From: the human T2T-CHM13v2.0 reference genome, Homo sapiens
Assembly (NCBI RefSeq): GCF_009914755.1
Contig: NC_060947.1
Strand: one strand, 5' to 3'
Length of the DNA: 64,000 bases
Below the pieces are notes generated by a model, which was given only the letters and a program-made list of their open reading frames with translations, made no database searches and had not been told where the DNA came from. Of this stretch, positions 13,014 through 29,870 are shown in pieces; the first letter of the stretch is position 1, and every line of letters starts with the position of its first letter. Position numbers and translations under genes: made by a program.

Positions 13014-13619
13014 GTATGTGGCTTCTTGCTTGCCGGGATAGATAGTAGAAAACTGCAGTTTGGTCTCTCATAAAACCAAGCTCCTGAGGGGCCTTCCTAC
13101 CTTGTTTTCATTTGATAAGAGCCATTTACAGAGCAAAGATGACCATATACCCTGAGGCTGGAGAAAATTCAGGTCTCTCCCAGCTCAGATTCTCACTTCT
13201 TCCCCTTCAGGGCCCTGCCCCAAGCGAATAATCTCACAACATTCCAACTAAGCCAATTTGACATTGCCAAATATTTCCAACATCCAGGAACCATTCATTC
13301 CACACTTGGCTCTTGAAGCCAGGGCACCCTGCTATGCACCAGGCATTGTATCCAGAAAAGCAAGTCAAGACAATTCATGCAACAAACCCACCCCATCCAA
13401 AAAAAAGTCCACTTTAGGTATCAGCAACTGTCTTTTGTGTGTGCCCAGACACTGCCTCTCAGAAACCCATTTCAAATCCCTTTTCCTTGTTTTCAGACCT
13501 GCTTGATCCAGTAAGTCATTTTGGTCCACTCATCTGGTTCTTCCCCCGAGCACCCTCTCTCTCAGAAGGAACTGCTATTAAGAGGTCCTCGGGTCCCTGC
13601 TTACAGCAAGCTCCTTGGT

Positions 13620-13830
13620 AGATCTTAGCAATTAAGAGCACAGGTTCTGGACTCAGAGTGCTTGGGTTAGACTACCGGCTCTGCCACTATGGCTGTGTAA
13701 TCATAAACCCCAGTTTGCTCATGTGTAAAATGGGAATAATAATACTTACCTCCTAGGACTACTATAGGAATTGAATGAGATAATGCATGTAAAGTACTTA
13801 GCACAGTGAATGAACCATTAAAAAATGTTG
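13620..13830 (+). mobile_element. MIR SINE
   Basis: ttaagagcacaggttctggactcagagtgcttgggtt..ggctctgccact..cagtttgctcatgtgtaaaatgggaataataa. Confidence 0.8.
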
Positions 13831-15179
13831 ATATCCTTCAGCATCCTTTCCTTGGCTTCTCCTCTTCTCACTCTTTGTTTGCTCTCTAAGAAATCTTATC
13901 TACTCCACAGGTTCAAATACTGCAAATATGTCAATGGCTCGCAAGTTTTACTACAGCCCAGGGGTATCTCTGGAGTTATTCAAAATGATGGTCAACTATA
14001 AGATAAGGAGCATGGCCAGAATTATGTAAGTCACCACCCCACTTCCTTCCTTGAGAAGGTCTTTCTATCAAAACAAAATCAGCTGAACTAAATAGTTTGC
14101 ACAGTAAAATAGTTGATTTACAATCTAGCTACCTCCTTATCTATTCACACATCAGCAACTAAGAATTTGCAGATACACATTAAAGAGCAAAGACGTTTCT
14201 AACTAAATGCTCCACAAACACCTGACCTCACCACCAACGAGGAAAGACCACCTAGTGGTCAGCACCTGTCTTTCTAGACACTTGTTGCAGACATGCCCAC
14301 CACCACCACTGCTGCTATACTCAGCCACTATTTCTCTGAAACTCACTATCACCTCATGGGTCCCAGGCTTCTGAATCAGTACATATACATCCATACCTGA
14401 CTCTGGGCCTTTGGTGACTCTCAAGACTCCCTTCCTAGCTTTGGAAACGGCTTTCCTGCACAAGTTTTAGCTCTGCTCACATTTTTGGTTTTCACAACTC
14501 TACATTTACCCTGGCTCCATGGATCCCAACTCATCCTTCATCCAAACTCCCCATCAGAGACTGAGGGCTTGATATCATGCCTAGAACCCATGGTTTCAAT
14601 GACATCCTGTCACCCAACTAGGGTCAAGAACCTGCAGATTTTTATGTGACATTGGTGATGTAGCTGGAGATCTTGCCCCATCTGCCCCCTAAGAAATCCT
14701 CAAGTTAATATTGGAAAAGAAACTTTGCTAGCATACACTTTGTATATGTTTTACCAGGCAGTATCACATCTGCCACTCCAGAACTTCTTGGCTTGCCGAA
14801 AAGGTAGAAACAGCTGGGCTTTGACCTACATCTCAATCCACTATCACAGGAGAGGGAGACATTCTGAGTTCCCATGGAACTGTAGGCAGGAGGCTGTCAC
14901 CCTCAGCTAATTCTTGAACCAAAAAGCTCAATTGCCAACCCAACCAAAACTAGCTGTTGAGACAATGAGTACCCTCTGCAGGATAGCCTACTGACCCATT
15001 CAGTACAAACTGCCATTGAGCTGCAGTTACCAACCATCACAAACTCCCAGTTCTCATTCTCAGCTTCTGTTCAGTAGAGATCTATGCAGTTTTTTCATGG
15101 AAAATTGCACCTTGAACTTTTCTTCCCACTATGATCACCAGCATAGCCTATAATCTGAACTCCTACTTTTCCTTCTATC

Positions 15180-15455
15180 TTAGCTCAAATAGCTCTTCTC
15201 TGACTTGTCAAATCTCCCCCCATCCCATTGTAACATGCTCATTCATTGCACTTACCAAAATTACAATATTTACATTTGCTTATAAATGTACCCCCCCATT
15301 TGTGATTCAACCACTACAATCAGAATGGGAATGGAAACTATAAAGGGCAGAGACCATGTCTAGTGTTGCTCATTCTATATCCCCAGCAGTAGCCAGCACC
15401 AGTCACATAGTAGGGACTCCAATAAATATTCACTGACTGGATGACATGAATGAAT
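15180..15455 (+). mobile_element. L2 3'-end fragment
   Basis: gggcagagaccatgtc...tatatccccagca...acatagtagggactccaataaatattcactgactggatg. Confidence 0.6.
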
Positions 15456-15714
15456 TACCATTATGGATCACTTCTTGCTAATCCTTGAGCTTTGGAACAA
15501 CTTTGCAGCCCAGACCTTCACAAAGCCAGACCAAAGGGGCTTATAATCTGGCCCAGCTTTCAAAGAAGAAGGCTACAAAATTAAGACTTCTTCTTCTTCT
15601 TCTTTTTTAACAATCAGCATCTTTTATCATTTTATTTTATTTTTTCATTCTACTTGTATTGTAAGTTCAGGGGATATATGTTCTTTTCAATCCAGCCTCA
15701 ATATGAATACACAG

Positions 15715-16370
15715 TCATATTTTTCAGCTTATACAGTGCCCCTATTAGCTTTTAGTGATTACTGAATAAAGACTTTCCTAGTATGTTCTCTTGTAAACTT
15801 TAGTACACTAGGAACTACATTTCCCACAGTCCTCTTCCCTGGATGGTACTTGCTTGTAGTTGGCCAAAAGTGAGGTTGTGCAAGATTTGTAAAGCAGTAG
15901 CCATTACACTAAAAAATGTCATCTTTAGTTATAAGTATTGAGAGACAGAAACAGAAGTGTGGACAGGTTCCAGTTTCTCTTCATTTTTTCCTGCTCCATC
16001 TTTTGCTTTTCTTCCTATTAGTCCTGCTGACCAACAGCAACCCCAGGCCCACGACCAGATGCTTCACTGCAACCTCGCAGAAGCAGTATCACCATACAAA
16101 GCCAAAAATCTTGCTTAGTTTTCTACATCATCCCTGCTTCATGACCTAATGTTAGCAGCCTGATATGCCTAGCTTCCAGAATTTCCCGTAAGCTCCAACT
16201 CTTTCAACCTCATGGGAGCTGATTAGTGACCTTTCTGGTGATCTTTGAACTCCTCTTTGTAGACCTTCATTTTCCTCCTGCAATATGCTCCTCTTGCAAC
16301 TGTAAGAGGTCTAATTCTTAAAAAAATCTCTCATACCATAAAACTGCCCTTCTGATTGAATTCTAAGTGA
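15715..16370 (+). mobile_element. Old ERVL-class solo LTR (subfamily uncertain)
   Basis: ggaactacatttccca..cccttccctg..gttggccaaaag motif and ..ctgattgaa..ctaagtga end resemble old ERVL LTRs; recall only. Confidence 0.4.
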
Positions 16371-16549
16371 TCCTGCACAAACTTCTGAATTGAAGCATTA
16401 CTGGCTTTCTAAAAAATACATAGTGTCAGAGTACTGAGAATGTACTCACCTTACCGTACTGTCATTTCCTGTACTTCCTGTCTCTCCCATCTGCATTTTC
16501 TCATCTCAAACACGAGAAACTTTTAAATCCACTTCCTTACTTTTACTCT

Positions 16550-18170
16550 TTTTTAAATGTTTTTTAATTACTCAGGTAATACATGAATACATTCTCACCA
16601 TAAAATGTCAACTATACAGAAGTATAGTTGACAATCCATTCTATACTACTCCCCAGAAGTAACCTCAATGCTGACAGATTTATGTATATCCTTCCAGAAT
16701 TTTTCCTATGCATTTGCAAACACATAGAGTTTGAGATGTTTTATCTTTATAAAAATTGGATCATACTCTATACATTTTATGTGACTTGCCTTTTTTAATC
16801 TAAAAAATACCTTAGTGATCTCTCTATGTCAGTAGAGACAGGTCTATCTCATTTTGTTCCTGCTTCTGAGTAGTATTTCATAGCAAAAAGATATGATAAT
16901 TTATATAATCCTTTCACTACAGATGGACCATTGGGTTGTTTACAGTCTTTTAAAACTATAAACATCCTTGTACAAGTCTCCTTGTTAAGATGTACAAACA
17001 TTTTTATAAGTGAATTTGCTACATCAAAGTATATTTGCATTTTAAAATTTGATGGACTAGAGCCAAATTACCCAACAACATGGCCATATGGATTTACATT
17101 CCTACCATTATGTATAACATTATCTGTTTCCTACACACACTAACCAATTCTACATTTTATCAATCTTTTTAATTTTTCCTAACCTAATGGGAAATATGTA
17201 TATATCTTATTTTTGTTTCATTTTGAATTCTTTTGATTACAAGTGAAAATAGCATCTTTTCATATACTCATTGGTCATTAGTATTTCTTCAATAAATTGC
17301 CTATTCATAGCTTTGCTTATTTATTGAGTGAGTTTTTTGTCAGCTTCTTATTGATATGTAGAAGCACTCGGTGTATTATAAATGTTCATTGTCTTTTACA
17401 TATATTGTAAATATTTTTCCAGTCGTTTCTTGTGTTTCCGTTTATTGCACATGTCACAAATTCAAACAATTATAAGAGTCAGGAAGGTAATTTAATTTTG
17501 TGATGCTCACCAGGTTCAAGACAATAAGGAATAAGGCAAAAAAATGTCCACCCAACAGTTTTAAATACAAAAAATTATTTAAAGCTCTGTGCAGAACAAA
17601 CTGTGTTGCATGTATGAGCCACCAGTTTGCGACCTAGCTTTTAGTGACTTTTTGTTGGTGGTGGTGGTGTTCAGAGGTTTTTTTTTGTTTTTGTTTTTAC
17701 TTTTCTATTTGATGTTGTTGAATATGTTACTGTTTTCCATCATGGCTTTCCTTTATGGTTTCTAGGTTTCCTTCAGCATCGTGCTTATCAAGCCTTTATT
17801 TTCTTGTATTTTAGTCTAAGACTTGATATTTTATGTTCATTTCTCAAATCCATCTGGAATTTACCTTAGATTATGATAGAGAACTAACTGTGTTAAATTA
17901 TTACTTTTTGTCCCAACATCTTTTACCGAAGAGTTCATCATGTTCCACTGATATAAAATGTCACATTTACCACATGATAAATTCCAATTTTTTAAATGAG
18001 TCTATTTTGAAATTCTTCTCTGCTTTGTTAGTAGCCTATTACATTCCTAAGCCATATTCACACTGTTTTAATTATTGTAAATTTATACCATATTTTGATA
18101 TCTGGTAGGGAGAGTCATCTCCCATTTTTCCTCTTTTCCAAAACGTCCTTGGCAATTCCTGCCCATTTTC
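16550..18170 (-). mobile_element. Old L1M (L1ME/MC-like) 3' UTR and ORF2 3' part
   Basis: Antisense L1 text (gatggaccattgggttgtttacagtc; agcatcttttcatatactcattggtcatt; aaattgcctattcata), highly diverged. Confidence 0.7.
17448..17637. mobile_element. hAT-Charlie non-autonomous DNA transposon (MER102-like)
   Basis: Degenerate TIRs cacatgtcacaaa / tttgcgacctag interrupting the L1M. Confidence 0.45.
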
Positions 18171-18175
18171 TTATT

Positions 18176-21135
<2,960 letters not shown>

Positions 21136-21137
21136 AG

Positions 21138-21185
21138 TAAAGCCTTAGGTGTTCTGTTATACGCAACAGAAAGCAGACTAAGACA
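21138..21185 (+). mobile_element. MaLR (MLT1/MST-like) LTR 3'-terminal remnant
   Basis: agccttaggtgttctgttatacgcaacagaaagcagactaagaca, a typical MaLR U5 end. Confidence 0.65.
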
Positions 21186-21550
21186 GATTTTTCACCTCTG
21201 GTTAAATTTACTCCTAAGTATTTTTTGATGCTATTATAAATGGGATTGTTTTCTTTATTTCTTTTTAAGATAGTTTGTCATTAGTGTATAGAAATGTTTT
21301 TGATTTTTGTATGTTGATTTTGTATCCTGAAACTTTACTGAATTTGTTTATTCTAACAGTTTTGTTTTGTTTTGTTTTGTTTTTTGGCTGGAGTCTTCAG
21401 GGTTTCCTATACATAAAACCATGTTATAAACAAACAGAGACAATTTCACTTTTTCCTTTCCTATTTGGATGCATTTTATTTTTTTTCTTACCTAATCACT
21501 CTACTAGGACTTCCAGTCCTATATTAAATAGAAGTGACTAGTGTGGGCAA
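21186..21550 (-). mobile_element. L1 ORF2 fragment (probable inverted 5' segment of the adjacent L1MA)
   Basis: Antisense RT-region text (ttgattttgtatcctgaaactttactgaatttgttta; ctaggacttccagt). Confidence 0.8.
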
Positions 21551-23390
<1,840 letters not shown>

Positions 23391-23424
23391 AAACTCCAGA
23401 CTTAATTGCAACATTACATGTAAA

Positions 23425-23946
23425 TATTAACCCATTTTGCTTGATACTCTCTGTTTTCCCCCCAGATACATCTCCTGACTTCCTAGCTGTACCCTGGGAG
23501 GATGAGATACACAGACTGCTTCATGTGAAGTGTCCTTGGTTTTTGGTTTCCAGTTGGGTTTGACAAATGGACGGCAATGGTAGGAGAGCTGAGGGTAGGA
23601 GGAGAGTAAGGTCAGGGCACTTACTTTCCCTCAAACATTCTCCTCTCCTCAGCCAGGCTATAGCTTGGGTAACGATTGTGTTTTTCTACCTATCATGACA
23701 GCACCTATCTAGTTGGCCCTCTCGAACAACTATAGGTCTCACTTGGTTCTAGTAACCATTCCTCTTGTGCTTTCAGGCCTACCAGTAGTAACAGCTTGCT
23801 ACTATTGCTATGCTTGGGTATCACACTATCCTTTATGGATTCTTTAACTCTGCCCATAACTCTATAAATAGTCTTGCCATTAAACTATCCCTAGTTAAAC
23901 GATCTGAGTATGCCATCTTTCTCCTGCTGTGATCCTGATCGTTACA
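23425..23946 (+). mobile_element. LTR33-like ERVL solo LTR
   Basis: ttccagttgggtttgacaaatgg..ggaggagagtaaggtcagg..ttcaggccta..gtaacagctt..attaaact..atgccatctttctcctgc..ctgatcgttaca. Confidence 0.75.
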
Positions 23947-24289
23947 CCAATGATCATGAAAGGCAGGATCATGAAAATGAACAGAATCAGATTCAGATTA
24001 TTTTAATGAGAAAAATGGAACTGTGGAAGAGAGCCATCTGGAAGATGCTATACTTCTGGAGATATGCAGCTGTCAGAGATGAGATACAGAAATAGGAAGG
24101 GAGCAGATAAGAAATACCCCAGCTTCCTTTTGCCCTCCAATCTTCTGCCAGTGCCACCCATTGAAAGAAATAATGAAAATCAGCCATGAAGGGAGACTGG
24201 GAAACGTAGTCTTCAGGAGTTAGTCTTTCAAGGCCCAAAGTAGGCAGAGAATGGCTCAGGTTTGGGAGCAGAGAAAATCCAGCACAGCC

Positions 24290-24405
24290 CCTAGTCCCTC
24301 TGAGAGGGCAAGGGCTTTTTGCCTGTTTTGTCCACAGCTATATTCCCAACACCTATAGTAATTGTTGGCATATGTAGGTGCTCGGTAAATATTTGTTGAA
24401 GGCAA
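24290..24405 (+). mobile_element. L2 3'-end fragment
   Basis: gagggcaagggc..ttggcatatgtaggtgctcggtaaatatttgttgaa. Confidence 0.7.
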
Positions 24406-25008
24406 TGGAAGTATAGCTATGAAGTATTAAGGGGAAAATTTTGTAAGTCAAGAATTCTATACTTAGAGAAATTGCCTTTCAAATGAGAAGGTACAAAAAG
24501 ATTCTTAAATATGCAAGGGCTCAGAAAATATAGCAGTCATGGATTCTTCTTGAAAGAAACTATTTAGGACATTCAGGTTAGCCGAGAGGTGAGTTAAAAA
24601 TAAGAGAGCAATAGTGAAGCAGTTGTGGTTTAAAAAGTATAATATTTAGTCTCTCTTTCTAAGAATATATCGTAAGGAAAAAACACTGACATACAAACAA
24701 ATATTTGTGGACAAAAATGTTTATGGCAGAGACTACTACCTGTCTCCCAATATCTCTTTTCTCTTTCCTCCATAGCAATAGACCTGCCAGGGGCATGGGT
24801 GCCCAGCTATACTACAGTTTCAAGCTTCACTTTCTTGTGTATGGCTGTATGATTAAGAAATGCAAGCAAAAGTGTGTATCTCTCCTGGGCCAGATCCCTT
24901 AAGAGATAGGCGTACCTCCACTCTGCTGTATTTCCTTTTCCTGTGATTCTAAGCATGGATGTTCAAGTGACATCACTTGCAGCAGGGCTGGTAGAAGAAA
25001 AGACAGAA

Positions 25009-27235
25009 ATGATTTTTAGCTTTCTTGGATTGGGTTGCAACATACTACTGGAAGAGCAATCAGTCAAGGGAAAGAAAGAAAGGGCATCCAAATAGGAAGA
25101 GAGGAAATCAAACTATCCCTGTTTGCAGATAACGTGCCTATACCTAGAAAACCCCATAGTCTCAGCCCTAAAACTTCTTAAGCTGATAAACAGCTTCAGC
25201 AAAGTCTCAGGATGCAAAACCAATGTGCAAAAATCACTAACATTCCTATACACCATCAACTGTCAAGCCAAGAGCCAAATTAGGAATGAACTCCCATTCA
25301 CAATTGCCACAAAAATAATTAAATACTTAGGAATACAAGTAACCAGAGAGGTGAAAGATCTCTACAGGAGAACTACAAAACACTACCCCCCAAAAAAATC
25401 AGAGATGACACAAACAAATGGAAAAACAGTCCATGCTCATGGAGAGGAAATGTCAACATTGTTAAAATGGCCATACCGCCCAAAGCAGTTTATAGATTCA
25501 AGGCTATTCCTGTTAAACTACCACTGACGTTCTTCACAGAACTAGAAAAAACTATTTTAAAATTCATACGGAACCCCAAAAACAGCCAGAACAGTCAAAG
25601 TGATCCTAAGCAAGAAGAACATAGCTGGAGGTATCACACTACTTGACTTCAAACTATAGTACAGGGCTATAGTAACCAAAACATCATGGTTCTGGAAAAA
25701 AAAAAACACATAGACAAATGGAACAGAATAGAGAACTCAGAAATAAGACTACACACCTACAACCATCTGATCTTTGACAAACCTGAGAAAAACAAGCAAT
25801 GGATGAGGGGTGGGGGGAGGGGGGAGGGATAGCATTTGGAGATATACCTAATGTTAAATGACGAGTTACTGGGTGCAGCACACCAACATGGCACATGTAT
25901 ACATATGTAACTAACCTGCACGTTGTGCACATGTACCCTAAAACTTAAAGTATAATAATAATAAAAAAAACAAGCAATGGGAAAATAATTCCCTGTTCAA
26001 TAAATGGAGCTGGTATAACTGGCTAGTCACGTGCAGAAGATTGAAACTGGACCCGTTCCTTACACCATATACAAAAATCAACTCAATATGGATTAAGGAC
26101 TTAAATGTAAAACTCCAAACTATGAAAACCCTGGAAGACAACCTAGACAATGCCATTCTGGACATAGGAACAGGAACTGGCATAGATTTCATGAGGAAGA
26201 TGCCGAAAGCAATTGCAGCAAAAGCAAAAATTAACAAATGAATCTAATTAAACCAAAGAACTTCTGCACAGCAAAGAAACCATCAACCAAGTAAAGAGAC
26301 AAACTACAGAATGGGAGAAAATGTTTGCAAAGTGTGCCTCTGAAAAGGACTAATATCCAGCATCTGTAAGTTACTTAAACAAATTTACAAGAAAAAAACC
26401 AAACAACCCCACTAAAAAATGGGCAAAGAACACAAACATACACTTTCAAAAGAAGACATTTATATGGCCAACAATCATATGAAGAAAAGCTCAACATCAC
26501 TGATCATTAGAGAAATGTAAATCAAAAACATTGAGATCCATCTCACACCAGTCAGAATGGCTATTATTAAAAAGTTAAAAAAATTACAGATGCTGATGAG
26601 GTTGCAGAGAAAAAGGAATGCTTATACACTGTTGGTGGGAGTGTAAATTAGTTCAACCATTGTGGAAGACAGTGTGGCAATTCCTCAAAGACCTAAAGGT
26701 AGAAATACCATTCGACCCAGCAATCCCATTCCTGGGTATATACCCAGAGAACTATAAATCTTTCTCTTATAAAGACACATGCATGTGTATGTACACTGTA
26801 GCACTATTCACAATAGCAAAGATGTGGAACCAACCTAAATGCCCATCAATGATAGACTGGGTAAAGAAAATGTGGCACAAATACACCGTGGAATACTATG
26901 CAGCCATAAAAAAGAATGAGATCATGCCCTTTGCAGGAACATGGATGGAGCTGGAGGCCATTATTCTTAGCAAACTGATGCAGGAACAGAAAACCAAATA
27001 TCACATGTTCTCACTTATAAGTTGGAGCTAAGTGTTTAGAACACACTGGGGTCTACCTCAGGGTGGAAGGTGGGAGAAAGGAGAGGTTCAGAAAAAATAA
27101 CTATTGAGTACTAGGGCTTAATACCTGGGTGGTGAAATAATCTGTACAACAAATCCCCAGGACACAACTTTACCTACGTAACAAACCTGCACGTGTATCC
27201 CTGAACTTAAAATAAAAGTTAATTTTTTAAAAAAG
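25009..27235 (+). mobile_element. 5'-truncated L1PA13-like element with a short inverted 5' cap
   Basis: ORF2 RT to C-terminus (ORF track 25123-25527, 26618-27031); PA13-type 3' UTR; TSD aagacagaaat (25000-25010)/aagacaaaaat (27236-27246). Confidence 0.9.
25803..25965 (+). mobile_element. Young L1PA (about PA3-5) 3'-end fragment nested in the L1PA13
   Basis: G-rich 3' UTR ggggagggatagcatt..gtaccctaaaacttaaagtataataat; perfect 15-bp TSD aaaaacaagcaatgg (25788-25802, 25966-25980). Confidence 0.95.
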
Positions 27236-27744
27236 AAGACAAAAATAAATCTGCATTTTTTAGTGAATGTGTTAGGAAGAATCACGACCTGACTCGGAAT
27301 TTATGCCATTACTTGAGAGAGAAACAAATTGCTCTCTGATGTTAGCCCTTACATTTTAGGCAGTCTATTTGTTACAGCAGTTCAACATCATTGATAATAG
27401 GGAAATATCGAAACAATCTAACATAATGGAACGTCCAAAAAATAGAAAATGATGCAGTCTTCCTAAAGTATGTTTATAATAATTCATAAGGGCATTGGGA
27501 AATGCTTGCTACACAATGTTAATAAATCAAAGCTGCATACATATATATACAGCATAAGGTCAACTATGTAAAGAAAAATACATTAATTGTAAAAAGACTA
27601 GAAGGAAATAGACCAATATCCTTTTAATAGCTGCCTTTTGATAGTGAAACTATAGGTCTCTTTTCATGATTTATTACTTGATTTATTATTTTCTGTATTT
27701 TCCTAATTTTCTACAATAATCATAAACTTATAATAATCATAATC

Positions 27745-28054
<310 letters not shown>

Positions 28055-28547
28055 TTATAATTACAAAACATCAAATGAAACCTTGAAAAAGACTATTAAG
28101 ATTATGTGGAGACATTGACAGTGTTTATGATATGATGCTATGAGAAAAAAGCCCAACTGTAAAGTCTATGTTTATTTCAGTTGCAACTATGTAAAAAAAA
28201 GTGTATGTATTTGCATGCAGACTAGAAAAGGAAATCTAAAAGTGAAAATAGCTCCTGTGTTGGAGAGCTTGTGGATGATTTTTTGTTCCTTTGTTTGAAA
28301 AGTTTTCCTTCAGTGCAATCATAATGTTGTTTTATTCCAATAAAAATATGACACACACTTTTTAGCCTAGTTCTTTATTCCCAAATGTTTACACTTCCCA
28401 ATGTTTATTAAACTAATCACTGAAATTTGAGCTTCAGCTGCGTGTGAGATTTTTTGGGATCAGCTACCTCAAGGACTACAATCTAGAATGTTTCATCTTG
28501 AATTTATTCCTCAAATCAGTTTATCCTTGAACCAATCATTCCACCAG

Positions 28548-28598
28548 ATTAAAGGCAATGTTGCTCAAAAGACAGGAAGAAGCATTGCTGGTGATGAG
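28548..28598 (+). other. Candidate 51-nt exon (unknown transcript)
   Basis: cattccaccag acceptor, GAG|GTATGT donor, open in phase 0 (IKGNVAQKTGRSIAGDE); unique sequence. Confidence 0.3.
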
Positions 28599-29769
28599 GT
28601 ATGTATTTAACCTAATATCCTCCTGGCTATTTACCTCCATCTCCTTTTCATGTTGCTACTACAGTTTAGTTTAGTTAACAGCTCAGGGCTGTTTACAAGT
28701 TAACAAAAGAGATGATGCAGGAGTGCCAAGTATTCTCCTGGAGCTGGTGATGGGCTTTTGGCAATGGCACATCCTCCTGCAATGCTGGCCGCTTAAAGCC
28801 TATTAGTGGGGTGCCACATAGACTGAGTGTGTTACTTGGAAAGGAGTACATAAGTCTCACTGCCTTTAGCATATGTTCCTCCACACAGTGTAAAAATGCT
28901 GCAAACACACTCAGATTTCCCCTGCACCCATCTGAACTCTGTGACTGGCCATCTGCTACTCCTCTGCCTCCAGTTGTTGGTCCAACCCAGCTCTGCTGAA
29001 ATGAAAATCAACCAAACCTTTTTTGATCAAACAAGCTAGAAAGATAATAATGAAGGTGGCTGTGGTATCTACTTCAAGAAGAAGAAGAAACTCCAGACCT
29101 CTTTCAAGCTTGCATCTTGATTGTGTGACTGCTGTTCTGCTACAGAGCAAGGCCACTGCCCAGCTGCAGCAGCAAATCTTCCCTGCCAAGGCTGAAGAGG
29201 AGTGCAGATAAATGACACCCCAAGAGATTCAGCATGTGCTAGCCCCTGATGCTGGAGATCAGTTTTTCTTTGTTGTCATCCTTTTCCCTCTCAAAGGCAA
29301 TGCTAACATGTCTCTTTAATTGGCAATTGTTTTTGTGTACAACCCTAGCAATGTCTCCACTATGCACAAGAGAACTTACCAAAATAGATTGTGGTTTTGA
29401 ATATGGATCGTTTGGAAAGAGGAACCCTGATCACACCAGGCTGATCAGAAATTGGCATTTTTGAAAGAAAAAAAATATACTATGGGTCATCAAGCTTTCA
29501 GGGAAGGTCAAAAGAACTGCTAAGTCAGAAATACTACAACTTGCCTGCAATATATCTGCAGCCCTTCGAGTACTTCCCATATGCATAGTGCTGACATGTC
29601 AGATAGCTGAGAGTACTAGCTGCTTGAAGAAGAATCTTACCATTGCCTTGGGGTAAATTTTCCTAAAATTCCCATTTGAATAGGGCTAGTCATCCTTAGC
29701 AAAACTGTAAAGTCAGTCATTTGGCTTTCAGATTTCCAGTTTCTCCTTTTTTACCTTCCCAGTACTTAC

Positions 29770-29870
29770 CACTCCCACTTCAAGCAGGCAATTCTCTTGT
29801 GCCATATCTTTGAGAGAAAAACTGCTCTCAAAAAGGATCTAACACTTCTGTAAAACTGCGACTATGGCCT
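29770..29870 (-). other. Candidate 101-nt exon (unknown transcript)
   Basis: Minus strand: gtctcccaaccttcctaacag acceptor and GTG|GTAAGT donor. Confidence 0.25.

Larger units (their letters stand above)
24723..27390 (+). mobile_element. MLT1 (I/J-like) LTR split by an L1PA insertion (pieces about 24723-25010 and 27247-27390)
   Basis: 5' tggcagagactact..tgtctcccaatatc..; 3' ..ctatttgttacagcag.. Confidence 0.55.

Noticed and set aside
25806-25827. G-quadruplex-forming run
   Set aside because: Standard G-rich tract of the L1PA 3' UTR; well known
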